Program-made: the position numbers and the translations under genes
The notes under the pieces: generated by a model
The model's database searches: none
What the model was told of the DNA's origin: nothing
The model's input: the letters and a program-made list of their open reading frames with translations, nothing else
Virus record (IMG/VR): IMGVR_UViG_3300032335_000575
Reading direction: 5' to 3' (one strand)
Source: an uncultured virus (IMG/VR IMGVR_UViG_3300032335_000575)
Lineage: Duplodnaviria > Heunggongvirae > Uroviricota > Caudoviricetes
DNA: 64,000 bases
Shown here: in pieces, positions 8,669 through 17,167 of the stretch
How positions within the stretch are numbered: the first letter of the stretch is position 1
How the letters are laid out: every line of letters begins with the position of its first letter

Positions 8669-9018
8669 TATCTTCCCTCGAACAGCTTCCCAGCAGTAGT
8701 TGCCTCAATAAATGCCGTACCGCGTTTTTCAGCTTTACCTACATTTTTATTAAAGTTACGAACCTTACCTGTTGTGGCCATAGAACGAATCTCACCAGTA
8801 TCGTCGGCTATTGCTTCAACAGCAGGTCTTTTTATAGTGCCAAAACCTCGGTCATACATTGAATTGTCAGAGGAAAAATGTGTACCCCTTACTGAAAGTG
8901 AACCGCCCTTTATTACTTTAGGTGACTGTTCACTTGCTTTATCGGCTTTTTTTACAGCCTTACTCATTCCAGCTGATGGGTTAGCTTCTCGTTTAGCTCG
9001 ACTTCTATTTCTTGCCAT
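8668..9018 (-). CDS. basic hypothetical protein
   Basis: AGGAGG RBS, TAATG coupling. Confidence 0.7.
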   Translation of the reverse strand: MARNRSRAKREANPSAGMSKAVKKADKASEQSPKVIKGGSLSVRGTHFSSDNSMYDRGFGTIKRPAVEAIADDTGEIRSMATTGKVRNFNKNVGKAEKRGTAFIEATTAGKLFEGR

Positions 9019-9407
9019 TAAATTGAACCTCCTAATGTGTTACGGCTTGTTGATTGCTGTGTGTTTGGAGTATTGGAGTAATCAGACTCTACACGCTGAC
9101 CAACCTGATTCTGGTTTCTACCAGGAAGTTCAATTATATCTTGAATACCGACTTCCTCAGTTACATAGCCGTATCGTGGTGGAAATAAGTTTATTTGAGG
9201 CAAGTTTGGGCGCACATAAGCTTGAATTTCTTCGCTGCTCATGGTCCATGTTGCCAAGGATTGGTTAAGTAGGCGGTCTTGATTAGACTGAAAGGGTCCT
9301 AGGTACTCCTGTGGAGGAAACGCGGCTTCTTCTGGAGCGTAAAGTCCAGGACGGTCTTTGTCCCACGGCTTATGACCGTAGACACCATCTGCATATTTAC
9401 CTGGCAT
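9018..9407 (-). CDS. hypothetical protein
   Basis: TAATG coupling at both ends. Confidence 0.75.
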   Translation of the reverse strand: MPGKYADGVYGHKPWDKDRPGLYAPEEAAFPPQEYLGPFQSNQDRLLNQSLATWTMSSEEIQAYVRPNLPQINLFPPRYGYVTEEVGIQDIIELPGRNQNQVGQRVESDYSNTPNTQQSTSRNTLGGSI

Positions 9408-9880
9408 TAGTTATCCTTGTGCCCATACTCAATTGGAATTTTATAACTTGGAACTGGGGTGTCAACGCCTCGTTTACGTTTAACTTCGTGTACAACGTTC
9501 ATTCTTGCTTCTTTATCTGCGTACTTTGGGTTTAAATCTGCAGCTTCTTCAAAGCTAACTTTTCTCCCTACAACAGCTTCGTGTGTATCAAGCATTGAAG
9601 GGGGTTTTCCAGTAAATTTACGTTCTTCTTTTTGAGCTCTAAATTCAGATGTAGGTTTTTTGTTATACCGTTTATTAGGGCTGTATTTGGGGTTTAAATC
9701 TTTTGCTTGTTCTAAATCTATATGTCCTTCTTTATAAGCAGCGTGAACTAAAGTCTGTTCAGGTGTTCTGTGAGGTTTTGCCCCCAGCTTAACTCCATAG
9801 CCCGCAGCTTTAATGTTGGAGGCAAGCTTATTTAAATTTACTTTTCTATTTGGATGTCTAGAAGTATCCTGGTTTGACAT
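9407..9880 (-). CDS. basic hypothetical protein with internal DLNPKY repeat
   Basis: Two H-x-A...E-x-A-x-DLNPKY units; start moved to MSNQ (track start is 9898). Confidence 0.7.
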   Translation of the reverse strand: MSNQDTSRHPNRKVNLNKLASNIKAAGYGVKLGAKPHRTPEQTLVHAAYKEGHIDLEQAKDLNPKYSPNKRYNKKPTSEFRAQKEERKFTGKPPSMLDTHEAVVGRKVSFEEAADLNPKYADKEARMNVVHEVKRKRGVDTPVPSYKIPIEYGHKDN

Positions 9881-9888
9881 TTTTGTCT

Positions 9889-10434
9889 TTACTTCCACTG
9901 TGGTCGCATACGCGACATTTGCTCTTGACGTACCTTGTTAATGTTAACAGGTGAATCACTTTTAACAGTAGGGCCTGCTTTACCGTCGTTAGGAAGGTGA
10001 GGAGCAGGCACTAGGTTATAAGCCTCAACGTGACGCTTGACTTTATATACAGTTCCCTCTTTAGATGCTTGCATCTGTCGAGCGATGCCTCTTGTGTTTT
10101 CTAAACCTGCAGGGTAGTAATAATCAGACTGGTCAATGCGCTCACCACGGTGAACACCGCGTTGGTATGAACGCTGGGTGACGCGAGTCTTTAAGCTGTC
10201 AAGTACATTTTCTGACGTTCCGTTTGGTTTACCGCGTCCACGGTCGTCACGACGTGTACGAATAGTTCCAAGGTAACCGTCTGGATACTCGGCTTGAGGT
10301 ACACGGCCTTGACCAATACGTAAGAAATCGAGCTCTGAACGAGCAACAGGAGTTCCACCTCCACCATAATTGGTGTAGGTGCCCTGCATACCTGCAGCGC
10401 CTAGATTCTGTGTATTTTGGTGTGGGGCAGCCAT
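9889..10434 (-). CDS. hypothetical Arg/Gly-rich protein
   Basis: ORF with TATGAT 6 nt upstream of the ATG. Confidence 0.75.
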   Translation of the reverse strand: MAAPHQNTQNLGAAGMQGTYTNYGGGGTPVARSELDFLRIGQGRVPQAEYPDGYLGTIRTRRDDRGRGKPNGTSENVLDSLKTRVTQRSYQRGVHRGERIDQSDYYYPAGLENTRGIARQMQASKEGTVYKVKRHVEAYNLVPAPHLPNDGKAGPTVKSDSPVNINKVRQEQMSRMRPQWK

Positions 10435-10457
10435 GCCTCAATCATACGCCTGTATTT

Positions 10458-11489
10458 TTAGACGGTCGCCTTAAACTCTTTACCCTCGTAAATAGCTTCG
10501 CCATCCATAATATGAATAGGTTGCAAGGTGAAATGGCCGTCATCTTCATGTACCCAACCAATCATAATTCCTTGTTGCCAGTCTTCCCAGTGCTTAACTG
10601 GACGTCCCTGGTCGTTTAAACCAGAACCATAAGAAGGAACAGCACCATCAACACGGCATAAGCAACCTGGTGATGCTGATACAGAACGGATAGGGCCATC
10701 GCCATTAGCTACAGTCTTGTACTGCATTTCTTGACGGTGTGCGTGACCAAACACTGTGGAAACGTGTGGGTTCTTGTTTACATAGGCAGATGCTGTAGAA
10801 CCACCAGAACGTACAGTAGTTCCGTGAACAGCACGAAGGTGTGGGGTAATCCAATACTCTCCTGCTGGGTATGCGCCTACGTAATTAACATTAATTTCAT
10901 CAAGGCGAAGTAGGTAAGGAATAGACATAACAGGCCAATCTTCTGGAGTAGCGCCTGCGCGTTTAATTCCTTTAGAAGCCATGGCGTTCATTGTTACGTA
11001 CTTCTGCATACGGCAGTCGTGGTTACCTTCAATTAAAGTAATCTTTGCAGTAGGGCATGTGGCACGTTGTTTAGCTAGCAAAGCGTGACCGTAATCAAGG
11101 GCTGGCTGCACAGTGTGTGCAAACATTTCTTCTTGCGCATACTTACCCATTGTTGGTAGGTCTAAGTAGTCACCTAGGTGCACAATCTCATCTACGCCGT
11201 AACGCTTTTCCATGTATGCAAGTAGCTGAAAATGTACATCAATTGCTGCTTCATCGTGAAAGGGGTCTAGTGTCCCGTCTTCGTACTTGCGGTAACCAAT
11301 CTGTGGGTCAGGTACAAATACAAATAATTTAAATCCATTTTTTGTTGCTTGTTTTTCTTTATATTCTGCTGGCTTAATAACTGTTGGCTTTGCTTGTTGT
11401 ATTGGTGGCCAAGCCCAGCTAGTAGGAGCGACTTCCGCATCTACTATAGCCATATCTAAAATATCGTTTAAGCTTAATTTTGTTGTCAT
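10458..11489 (-). CDS. calcineurin-like metallophosphoesterase
   Basis: PDxQ, GDxxD, GNHD, HG and GHxH motifs. Confidence 0.9.
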   Translation of the reverse strand: MTTKLSLNDILDMAIVDAEVAPTSWAWPPIQQAKPTVIKPAEYKEKQATKNGFKLFVFVPDPQIGYRKYEDGTLDPFHDEAAIDVHFQLLAYMEKRYGVDEIVHLGDYLDLPTMGKYAQEEMFAHTVQPALDYGHALLAKQRATCPTAKITLIEGNHDCRMQKYVTMNAMASKGIKRAGATPEDWPVMSIPYLLRLDEINVNYVGAYPAGEYWITPHLRAVHGTTVRSGGSTASAYVNKNPHVSTVFGHAHRQEMQYKTVANGDGPIRSVSASPGCLCRVDGAVPSYGSGLNDQGRPVKHWEDWQQGIMIGWVHEDDGHFTLQPIHIMDGEAIYEGKEFKATV

Positions 11490-11788
11490 CAGGCATTATC
11501 TCCGTTGTTTCTGTAGCATGAGCATTTTCTTCTGAAGTGCATATAGAACGTTGTTTTTTCTAATGGAATCTCTGGGTACACTTCTTTAATTGCAGAAAAG
11601 TAATTAGAAATATCTACAAGAATCTTTGTTCCACCGAATGCTTTATACATACGCTCTACTGTATCTTTATCAATAGTTGTTAACCATCGACCGCAAATAC
11701 ACGCACCTGCGCTTTTGCTTCTCTTTGGATTTGCTTCTAATTCACTAAGCAAATCACCCAGACTCTTCTTGTCTGCTTCCCTAGGCAT
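11489..11788 (-). CDS. hypothetical protein (CxC...H..CxC)
   Basis: AAAGGA RBS; coupled to the phosphoesterase. Confidence 0.7.
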   Translation of the reverse strand: MPREADKKSLGDLLSELEANPKRSKSAGACICGRWLTTIDKDTVERMYKAFGGTKILVDISNYFSAIKEVYPEIPLEKTTFYMHFRRKCSCYRNNGDNA

Positions 11789-11857
11789 AGGTTGTCCTTT
11801 CGCCCCGTCTCGTGTGTGATAGTAAGCGTATCATAAAGAATCAGAGATGGTAAGTAA

Positions 11858-11895
11858 AGTAAACCCCCTGCTAAATATTTTATTTAGCAGGGGGT
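11858..11895 (-). terminator. intrinsic terminator
   Basis: 15-bp perfect stem ACCCCCTGCTAAATA/TATTTAGCAGGGGGT followed by TTACTTT on the - strand. Confidence 0.8.
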
Positions 11896-11948
11896 CACGG
11901 TACAAGGAGGGGGAGTCGTACTATAACAGGGTTACAGTACGTCTTGCA
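11858..11948 (-). ncRNA. candidate sRNA with single-stranded anti-SD CUCCCCCUCCUU
   Basis: Extended -10 TGtTATTAT (11954-11962), 11-bp hairpin, C-rich linker, terminator; no plausible coding ORF. Confidence 0.45.
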
Positions 11949-11995
11949 ATCATATAATAACACTGGTGAACGTCAGTGGACGTCCATGGACAGCC

Positions 11996-12544
11996 TTATT
12001 TAATCTTGATTGTTTTTTCTTTTTTGCCTTCGGGAATGAGGCGCTCTAGCTCAATGATTAAGAAACCATCAGATAGTTTTGCGTCTCCTACAATTACGTC
12101 GTCTGCAATTGCAAACTTTTGTACAAAGTTACGTGCTGCAATACCCTTATATGAGTACTCCGCATCGTCTTCGCCTTGGTTGCCTTCGACTGTGATGATG
12201 TTTTCTTTATAGGTAATCTTAACATCATCCTTCTTGAACCCTGCAATAGCAAGCTCAATTTGCGCCTTATTATCGGGCAGTGTCTTGATGTTGTATGGGG
12301 GGTAGTTGGACTTAATACGAACGTCTTCTAGGTTCTGGAAGAACTCTAGGTGGCGCTCAAACCCAAATGTCCATGGGTCTAGCATATTGTGTAGCAGTTT
12401 AAATGGGTCTACAGAACGTTCTGCAGCTAGTTGATAACCCTTAATAAGCTGTTGAGTTCCTACTGGTATTTGCTTTGGGTGATGGGGAATCGACCATTCT
12501 TGATTTCTTTCATGTGGTGAGCCCATTGGGTAGCCTGAAGCCAT
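11996..12544 (-). CDS. small heat shock protein Hsp20 (IbpA-like)
   Basis: NYPPYNI, ELAIAGF, GIAARNF...F and A.L.DG.L.I.L...IPE motifs. Confidence 0.95.
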   Translation of the reverse strand: MASGYPMGSPHERNQEWSIPHHPKQIPVGTQQLIKGYQLAAERSVDPFKLLHNMLDPWTFGFERHLEFFQNLEDVRIKSNYPPYNIKTLPDNKAQIELAIAGFKKDDVKITYKENIITVEGNQGEDDAEYSYKGIAARNFVQKFAIADDVIVGDAKLSDGFLIIELERLIPEGKKEKTIKIK

Positions 12545-12600
12545 AATATATCTCCTTAGACGATATAAGTTAAGTGACCCTCGGTTGAGCGGTCATCTAT

Positions 12601-12606
12601 AGTATA
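12601..12606 (-). promoter_or_regulatory. -10 box (TATACT) of hsp20
   Basis: Lies downstream of a terminator and upstream of a structured leader and AAGGAG RBS. Confidence 0.55.
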
Positions 12607-12640
12607 CAACAATCTAATATAAAATATATTCCTGAAATGC

Positions 12641-12664
12641 AAAAAGCCCCGCATATAGCGGGGC
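12641..12664 (-). terminator. intrinsic terminator
   Basis: GCCCCGC/GCGGGGC stem plus T5 on the - strand. Confidence 0.85.
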
Positions 12665-12680
12665 CTCTAGCTATTAAGTT

Positions 12681-13022
12681 TTAGCTGCTGCTGCCGTCTT
12701 TGAAGTTTGGGCGCTGACGATTAATGGCTGAACTAAACATACGACCATTACTCTGAGTAGCACCTGCTTCTGGAGCAACACTCTTCTGGAACTTAACACG
12801 AATGCCGTAGCGAGCGCCACCGCGAGCGAGTTGTCCAAGAATGTTCTTACGTGCTGGCTTTGCCTGTGTGTAAGGGTCTGTTCCGCCCTTAGCGTTGCCA
12901 GTCTTCTTCACAAGTGTTCCCTTTACAGGTCTAGCAACTTGTGGCTTTGAACCCGCAGCGTTTGATGGTTCCGCAGATGTCGGAGCAATCGGTGCTGAGT
13001 TCTTTGTTGAGTCTTTTTTCAT
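12681..13022 (-). CDS. basic low-complexity hypothetical protein
   Basis: AAAGGA RBS; own terminator. Confidence 0.7.
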   Translation of the reverse strand: MKKDSTKNSAPIAPTSAEPSNAAGSKPQVARPVKGTLVKKTGNAKGGTDPYTQAKPARKNILGQLARGGARYGIRVKFQKSVAPEAGATQSNGRMFSSAINRQRPNFKDGSSS

Positions 13023-13083
13023 ATGGTTTCCTTTGGCCTTAGGAGTAATAACAGGGTATATCTATTGGGATAGAAATACAGGG

Positions 13084-13362
13084 TTAACTTGCCTTTACAT
13101 CAAAAACAATTGCGGAAATCTGACCATCATGGCTGTCAATGCTTGAGAAGCCAGGGATGCAAAGAAGGTCTAGACCTCGTGGAGCTGTGTATCCACGGGC
13201 AATAGCGATTGCCTTAACGGCTTGGTTTACTGCGCCAGCGCCGACTGCACGAATTTTGCAAGTGCGAGTTTCATAAATGCTGTGGGCAATAGCTGATGCT
13301 ACAGCTTGTGGGTTGCTCCCTGCGCCGACGCGTAGGATTTGTTCATCTTTTGGTTCGGACAT
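13084..13362 (-). CDS. spoVS: SpoVS family (Alba-like) protein
   Basis: LRV...SNP.AVA.AIA...AVGAGAVNQAVKAIAIARG signature. Confidence 0.92.
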   Translation of the reverse strand: MSEPKDEQILRVGAGSNPQAVASAIAHSIYETRTCKIRAVGAGAVNQAVKAIAIARGYTAPRGLDLLCIPGFSSIDSHDGQISAIVFDVKAS

Positions 13363-13414
13363 GTGTACCTCGGTTTACGAATAGTGTGGAACCCCGTAGA
13401 TACAATTATGCAGT

Positions 13415-13636
13415 CTAAATTAAAGTTGGTCTGTCTAAAGGCGTGGGAGCCTTGGCATAGCTGCCGCAAACAGAACACTCCATATCCAGCAAATACTGGG
13501 CTAACTCGTAATCCTGAAAACTAGCCTTTATATTCCACAGACTAGACTCACAGTTAGGGCATTCATGGCAAATCTGGTCCGCATACTCCATAGTGCCTGT
13601 ATAATCAGGCTTTAGTTCTCTAATTCCCTTTGCCAT
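13415..13636 (-). CDS. Zn-ribbon protein
   Basis: CPNC...CSVC; start set at MAKGI. Confidence 0.7.
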   Translation of the reverse strand: MAKGIRELKPDYTGTMEYADQICHECPNCESSLWNIKASFQDYELAQYLLDMECSVCGSYAKAPTPLDRPTLI

Positions 13637-13853
13637 GGCGACAACCGCTAAAGTCTGCAATAACTCTGTAAGCAACTTCCATATAAATTGAAGCAGTAGT
13701 TGCTAAGTCTTCTGGATGATGTAGCTGACCTTTAGCATGGCCCCAATTAGAGCTTAAATACTCCCTAAGTCCAAGGGTAAGGCGGTCTACAAACTCATCA
13801 GAGGTCATCCAACCGTCCTCTAGCAAGTCTTTTTTCTTATGACTCTTGGCCAT
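13620..13853 (-). CDS. hypothetical protein
   Basis: Packed ORF with RBS. Confidence 0.65.
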   Translation of the reverse strand: MAKSHKKKDLLEDGWMTSDEFVDRLTLGLREYLSSNWGHAKGQLHHPEDLATTASIYMEVAYRVIADFSGCRHGKGN

Positions 13854-14082
13854 CTAAACCCCACTCTTTTTTTATATTATGGATTAGGGCGAGGTTGTCT
13901 TCAATCTCTTTATCAATAAGGGCAATTTCTTCTTCTGACATCTTGTCTTTGTTGTCATTATAAAACTGTAAACCAGCGTTAAAGTTTGACTCAAATACAG
14001 CTAACTGAGCTGTACGACGCTTCTTAATAAACTCTTGTTGCTCAGCAACACGCGCTGCTCGCTTGTCTTGCGTCTTACTCAT
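13837..14082 (-). CDS. hypothetical helical protein
   Basis: AGGGAG RBS. Confidence 0.7.
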   Translation of the reverse strand: MSKTQDKRAARVAEQQEFIKKRRTAQLAVFESNFNAGLQFYNDNKDKMSEEEIALIDKEIEDNLALIHNIKKEWGLDGQES

Positions 14083-14218
14083 TTACGTTCTCCCTAGCCC
14101 AATCAACCCACTCAAGGGCTAAATCTCCAATGTCAATAGTTTCACTAAAACCGTGTTCGTGAAGGTGCTCAATAAAATCATCGTCTGCAACTAATATTGG
14201 TAAACCTTTGTAGTTCAT
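14075..14218 (-). CDS. 47-aa acidic microprotein
   Basis: Hand-translated MNYKGLPILVADDDFIEHLHEHGFSETIDIGDLALEWVDWARENVNE; ATGA overlap, GGAGG RBS. Confidence 0.7.
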   Translation of the reverse strand: MNYKGLPILVADDDFIEHLHEHGFSETIDIGDLALEWVDWARENVNE

Positions 14219-14385
14219 CCTTGGCCTCCCCAGCCTCCGCCTTTAAACTGCACTGATGGTGGTGTGTAAGACTTAATCATAAATTCTCCGCAACCTTCGC
14301 AAGAAGGACGTTGTGTAGCATCAAAGGCAAAGTGCATCTCAACTGTACGGTCACAGTTAACACAGGTAAAATCATATTTTGGCAT
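14215..14385 (-). CDS. FmdB-family Zn-ribbon protein (56 aa)
   Basis: Hand-translated MPKYDFTCVNC...CEGCG...VQFKGGGW. Confidence 0.85.
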   Translation of the reverse strand: MPKYDFTCVNCDRTVEMHFAFDATQRPSCEGCGEFMIKSYTPPSVQFKGGGWGGQG

Positions 14386-14936
14386 CAGCCTACCTTTTCT
14401 TGTTCTACTACTTGAAATGGTCCTGAGGTATAAGCGTCTAGTTTTTCTGCAATTTCTAATGCCTCTTCGGCTTTAGCACCAGCATGAAGCGCCCCTAAAG
14501 CATATGCTGAGCCATTTCCTACGGCGTATAACCCGTCTTGAGAACGAGTTACCGAAAGGTCATCACTAATATCAAAAATCTCACCGCCAACGGCAATGAG
14601 AAAATGGAAACGCTGCTCGTTTGTGTTTTTATCGCGCTCTTCTTCAAAGTTATAGCCGTTATCTTTTAAACATTTACGTAAAGAAGGTACTACTTTAGTA
14701 ATAGCAAAATGATATACGTCTTTTTTGTGCGCTGCTGTTAACTTTGGAGGATTCCAAATGTGCTGGGCAATATCGCAAGGGTTAACCTCACCAGAACCAG
14801 CAATTAAAAGGTCTCCACGTTGGGAAATTTTTACCATTTGGGAATGCCTTTGAATACGCCCATCAGGGTCAGTCACCTGACTGTCTGCACCTAATACGCA
14901 TTTATCTTCGTATTGAACACCAACTAGTGTTGTCAT
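14385..14936 (-). CDS. proteasome beta / HslV-like Ntn-hydrolase
   Basis: N-terminal MTT...GADSQ, K33 region, GNGSAYALGAL, D.YTSG. Confidence 0.85.
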   Translation of the reverse strand: MTTLVGVQYEDKCVLGADSQVTDPDGRIQRHSQMVKISQRGDLLIAGSGEVNPCDIAQHIWNPPKLTAAHKKDVYHFAITKVVPSLRKCLKDNGYNFEEERDKNTNEQRFHFLIAVGGEIFDISDDLSVTRSQDGLYAVGNGSAYALGALHAGAKAEEALEIAEKLDAYTSGPFQVVEQEKVG

Positions 14937-15499
14937 TATCGTTCCCTATGTTTGACGTCTTGTAGTTTATCGTACACATCTTTTTCATACGCTAACTCAT
15001 GCTTGCCAGAAACCACCCTAGCTAGGGAGTAGGAATCTGCGGCGTTGTCGTCCGTGAATTCTACACCCCACTTCTTATAAATGTGAAGTAGCATCTGGTT
15101 CTTTTGTATACCTGTTCCCTTGCCTGTCACATACTTCTTTAGGCTGGTAGGCGGTACTAGTAAGGGGTAATGCCCAGCCTCATGACATTCAAGCTTAACC
15201 ATACCCCCTAACTCACCTAAATGAAACACTCTTCCTGAGCCTGCGTAAGCGTAATCTTCCATAGCTACATCTAATATCTTGATGGGCATATCAAATAGGA
15301 CATTACTAAGAAATAGCCTAATTTCTACTAAACGGTCTATACCTCGTAAATCAGACTTAAACACTTTAGTAAAAAAAGTGTTGTCATCTCCTAACAGGGT
15401 TATAGCAAATCCACTATATGACTGGTCGATGCCTACATACACTGGAACGGGGCTACTGCCTGCAAGGTCGAGACCTCCATCAAAATTTTTAATGGTCAT
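14936..15499 (-). CDS. RuvC-like Holliday junction resolvase
   Basis: GIDQS, AMEDY, LGELGG, P..LKKYVTGKG, DN.ADS. Confidence 0.88.
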   Translation of the reverse strand: MTIKNFDGGLDLAGSSPVPVYVGIDQSYSGFAITLLGDDNTFFTKVFKSDLRGIDRLVEIRLFLSNVLFDMPIKILDVAMEDYAYAGSGRVFHLGELGGMVKLECHEAGHYPLLVPPTSLKKYVTGKGTGIQKNQMLLHIYKKWGVEFTDDNAADSYSLARVVSGKHELAYEKDVYDKLQDVKHRER

Positions 15500-15987
15500 G
15501 GTACAAATCTATTTCCCATCATCCGACTGCTAGATGTACGTCGGGTTAGCTCACGACTTGTCAACGAGTAGTAACGTTCTAGGTTTTCTAACGCAGTCTC
15601 CAACAGCTTTCTATATGCGTGGGCATAGTTCTTTGCTTTGTCTAAAACCATGATGTAATCATCGGTAGCAACAGCTGCCTTTAACATGACGGCTTTTTCT
15701 GTGCTCTTACCAGTGGTCTTCATTAGCAACCCTTTAGCAACCTCAAGGTCATAGGAGTTCGTGGCCTCTAACTCCGCAAGGTTAGCGCAAGCTACCTGAG
15801 TACGTAAGAAGTTTAAGTTCTCCATATATTTACCAGCCATAACCATTAGTTCTTGGTCATCAACCAGGGTAATATCCGCTGGAAACTCGGGTGGTTGGAT
15901 GTTCATTGAGCGTTTTAATGGCAGCCCTTGGGACTCCAACTGTTGTAGGACAATCTCGCTGATGCCTGTTGCTACTATCTCACTCAT
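15496..15987 (-). CDS. helical hypothetical protein (possible recombination mediator)
   Basis: Coiled-coil pattern, SRELTRR tail, located among recombination genes. Confidence 0.6.
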   Translation of the reverse strand: MSEIVATGISEIVLQQLESQGLPLKRSMNIQPPEFPADITLVDDQELMVMAGKYMENLNFLRTQVACANLAELEATNSYDLEVAKGLLMKTTGKSTEKAVMLKAAVATDDYIMVLDKAKNYAHAYRKLLETALENLERYYSLTSRELTRRTSSSRMMGNRFVP

Positions 15988-16837
15988 TATAACCTCCGCA
16001 CTTAGAACAACCGCCCCACTTGTCTAAGTTACAAGCAGGAGGGGTGTTGTTATTAATGGCTTCCATAATCATTGCTGCTGCCTCAAACATAGGGGCAATA
16101 GCAAAATCAGACTTAGGTACTACAAATTCCTTTACATCCTGTGATGCTTTGTTTTCGTATATAAGCACTGCTTCTCTTGGATAATCTGGCAACTCTAACA
16201 ACTCAGCAAGCTTCATATAAATCTGTACTTGAGTAATGTGCTTAGCAAAAGGCTCTTTAATATCTGCCCAAATCTTTTCCATATTACCGCTGTGTTGTGC
16301 TACTAACTCTGGGTTTTCCCAGCGGATAGTGCCAATACCTATGGATTTAACCTCTAGCATTAGTGGGTCACCTAGGTTTACTAACCATCCATCAGCATGA
16401 CCTGAGATGCGTAGTGGCTCGTAGAACAATGGGACTTCACAATACTCAAGTGGGCCTTCGTGGCAATCAGAACCGCCAAAGAAGTACTCGTCACAATCCT
16501 TGCAGTACCACTTGCCATACAGACAGTTCATTTCTTGGAGCCACTTCTGCCATTTAGCGTGGATACCATGTCCTTCAGCAAAAACAGACTGCAATCTAAG
16601 ACTGTTAGTGCGATTACTTTCTAAGGGATAGTGGCCCTTTAACTGGAAGTAAGAAGCTCTGTAGCACCACTCACCGCTTGCCATCTCTGATGGATGCAGT
16701 ACGTCAGTGCGACGACTCATGTCTTTTGGTTTAGAAAGTACATGTCTTTCTACTGAAGTTAATACTCTGCTTGGTTTTTTACCAGCATTTACAAAACTCT
16801 TTAATGCCCCCGAAGGCTTGTACTTAGGTTGTGTCAT
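15980..16837 (-). CDS. Cas4-like PD-(D/E)XK exonuclease
   Basis: HPS...C, G..IH, ADG...EVKS, QxxxY, C-terminal Cys cluster. Confidence 0.85.
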   Translation of the reverse strand: MTQPKYKPSGALKSFVNAGKKPSRVLTSVERHVLSKPKDMSRRTDVLHPSEMASGEWCYRASYFQLKGHYPLESNRTNSLRLQSVFAEGHGIHAKWQKWLQEMNCLYGKWYCKDCDEYFFGGSDCHEGPLEYCEVPLFYEPLRISGHADGWLVNLGDPLMLEVKSIGIGTIRWENPELVAQHSGNMEKIWADIKEPFAKHITQVQIYMKLAELLELPDYPREAVLIYENKASQDVKEFVVPKSDFAIAPMFEAAAMIMEAINNNTPPACNLDKWGGCSKCGGYNE

Positions 16838-16849
16838 ATTCAGACCCTA

Positions 16850-17167
16850 TCACACATCAAGGTCAAGCACCCATTCCTCAAGTGTCTTTCCTTGTTTCTT
16901 AGCTTTACGTTTTAACGCGTTACGTTCACGGTGAGACATGCCGCCCCATATACCGTGCTGTTCATCCATTGACTCTGCGTATAACAAACACTCTTTACGC
17001 ACAGGACACTCTGGCAAACCGTCCTTACCAAAGCACACTGCTTTAGATACGGTTGCTATTTTTTTATACTTTGCTTTATCTCTTGGTGGGTACCACAACT
17101 CTGTATCCATACCGCGACACTTGGCTTTATGTCTCCAGCCCTCTACGTGTCCGATGTCTTCGTGCAC
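16850..17167 (-). CDS. whiB: WhiB family transcription factor
   Basis: W...A.C, C...CPV..EC, GIWGG.S..ER. Confidence 0.92.
   Translation of the reverse strand: MHEDIGHVEGWRHKAKCRGMDTELWYPPRDKAKYKKIATVSKAVCFGKDGLPECPVRKECLLYAESMDEQHGIWGGMSHRERNALKRKAKKQGKTLEEWVLDLDV

Noticed and set aside
12545..12640. HspR (HAIR) or CIRCE operator at hsp20
   Set aside because: No CTTGAGT-N7-ACTCAAG or TTAGCACTC-N9-GAGTGCTAA match seen
15980..16837. CRISPR-Cas system suggested by the Cas4-like gene
   Set aside because: No repeat-spacer array or other cas genes seen; standalone Cas4-like nucleases are common in phage recombination modules
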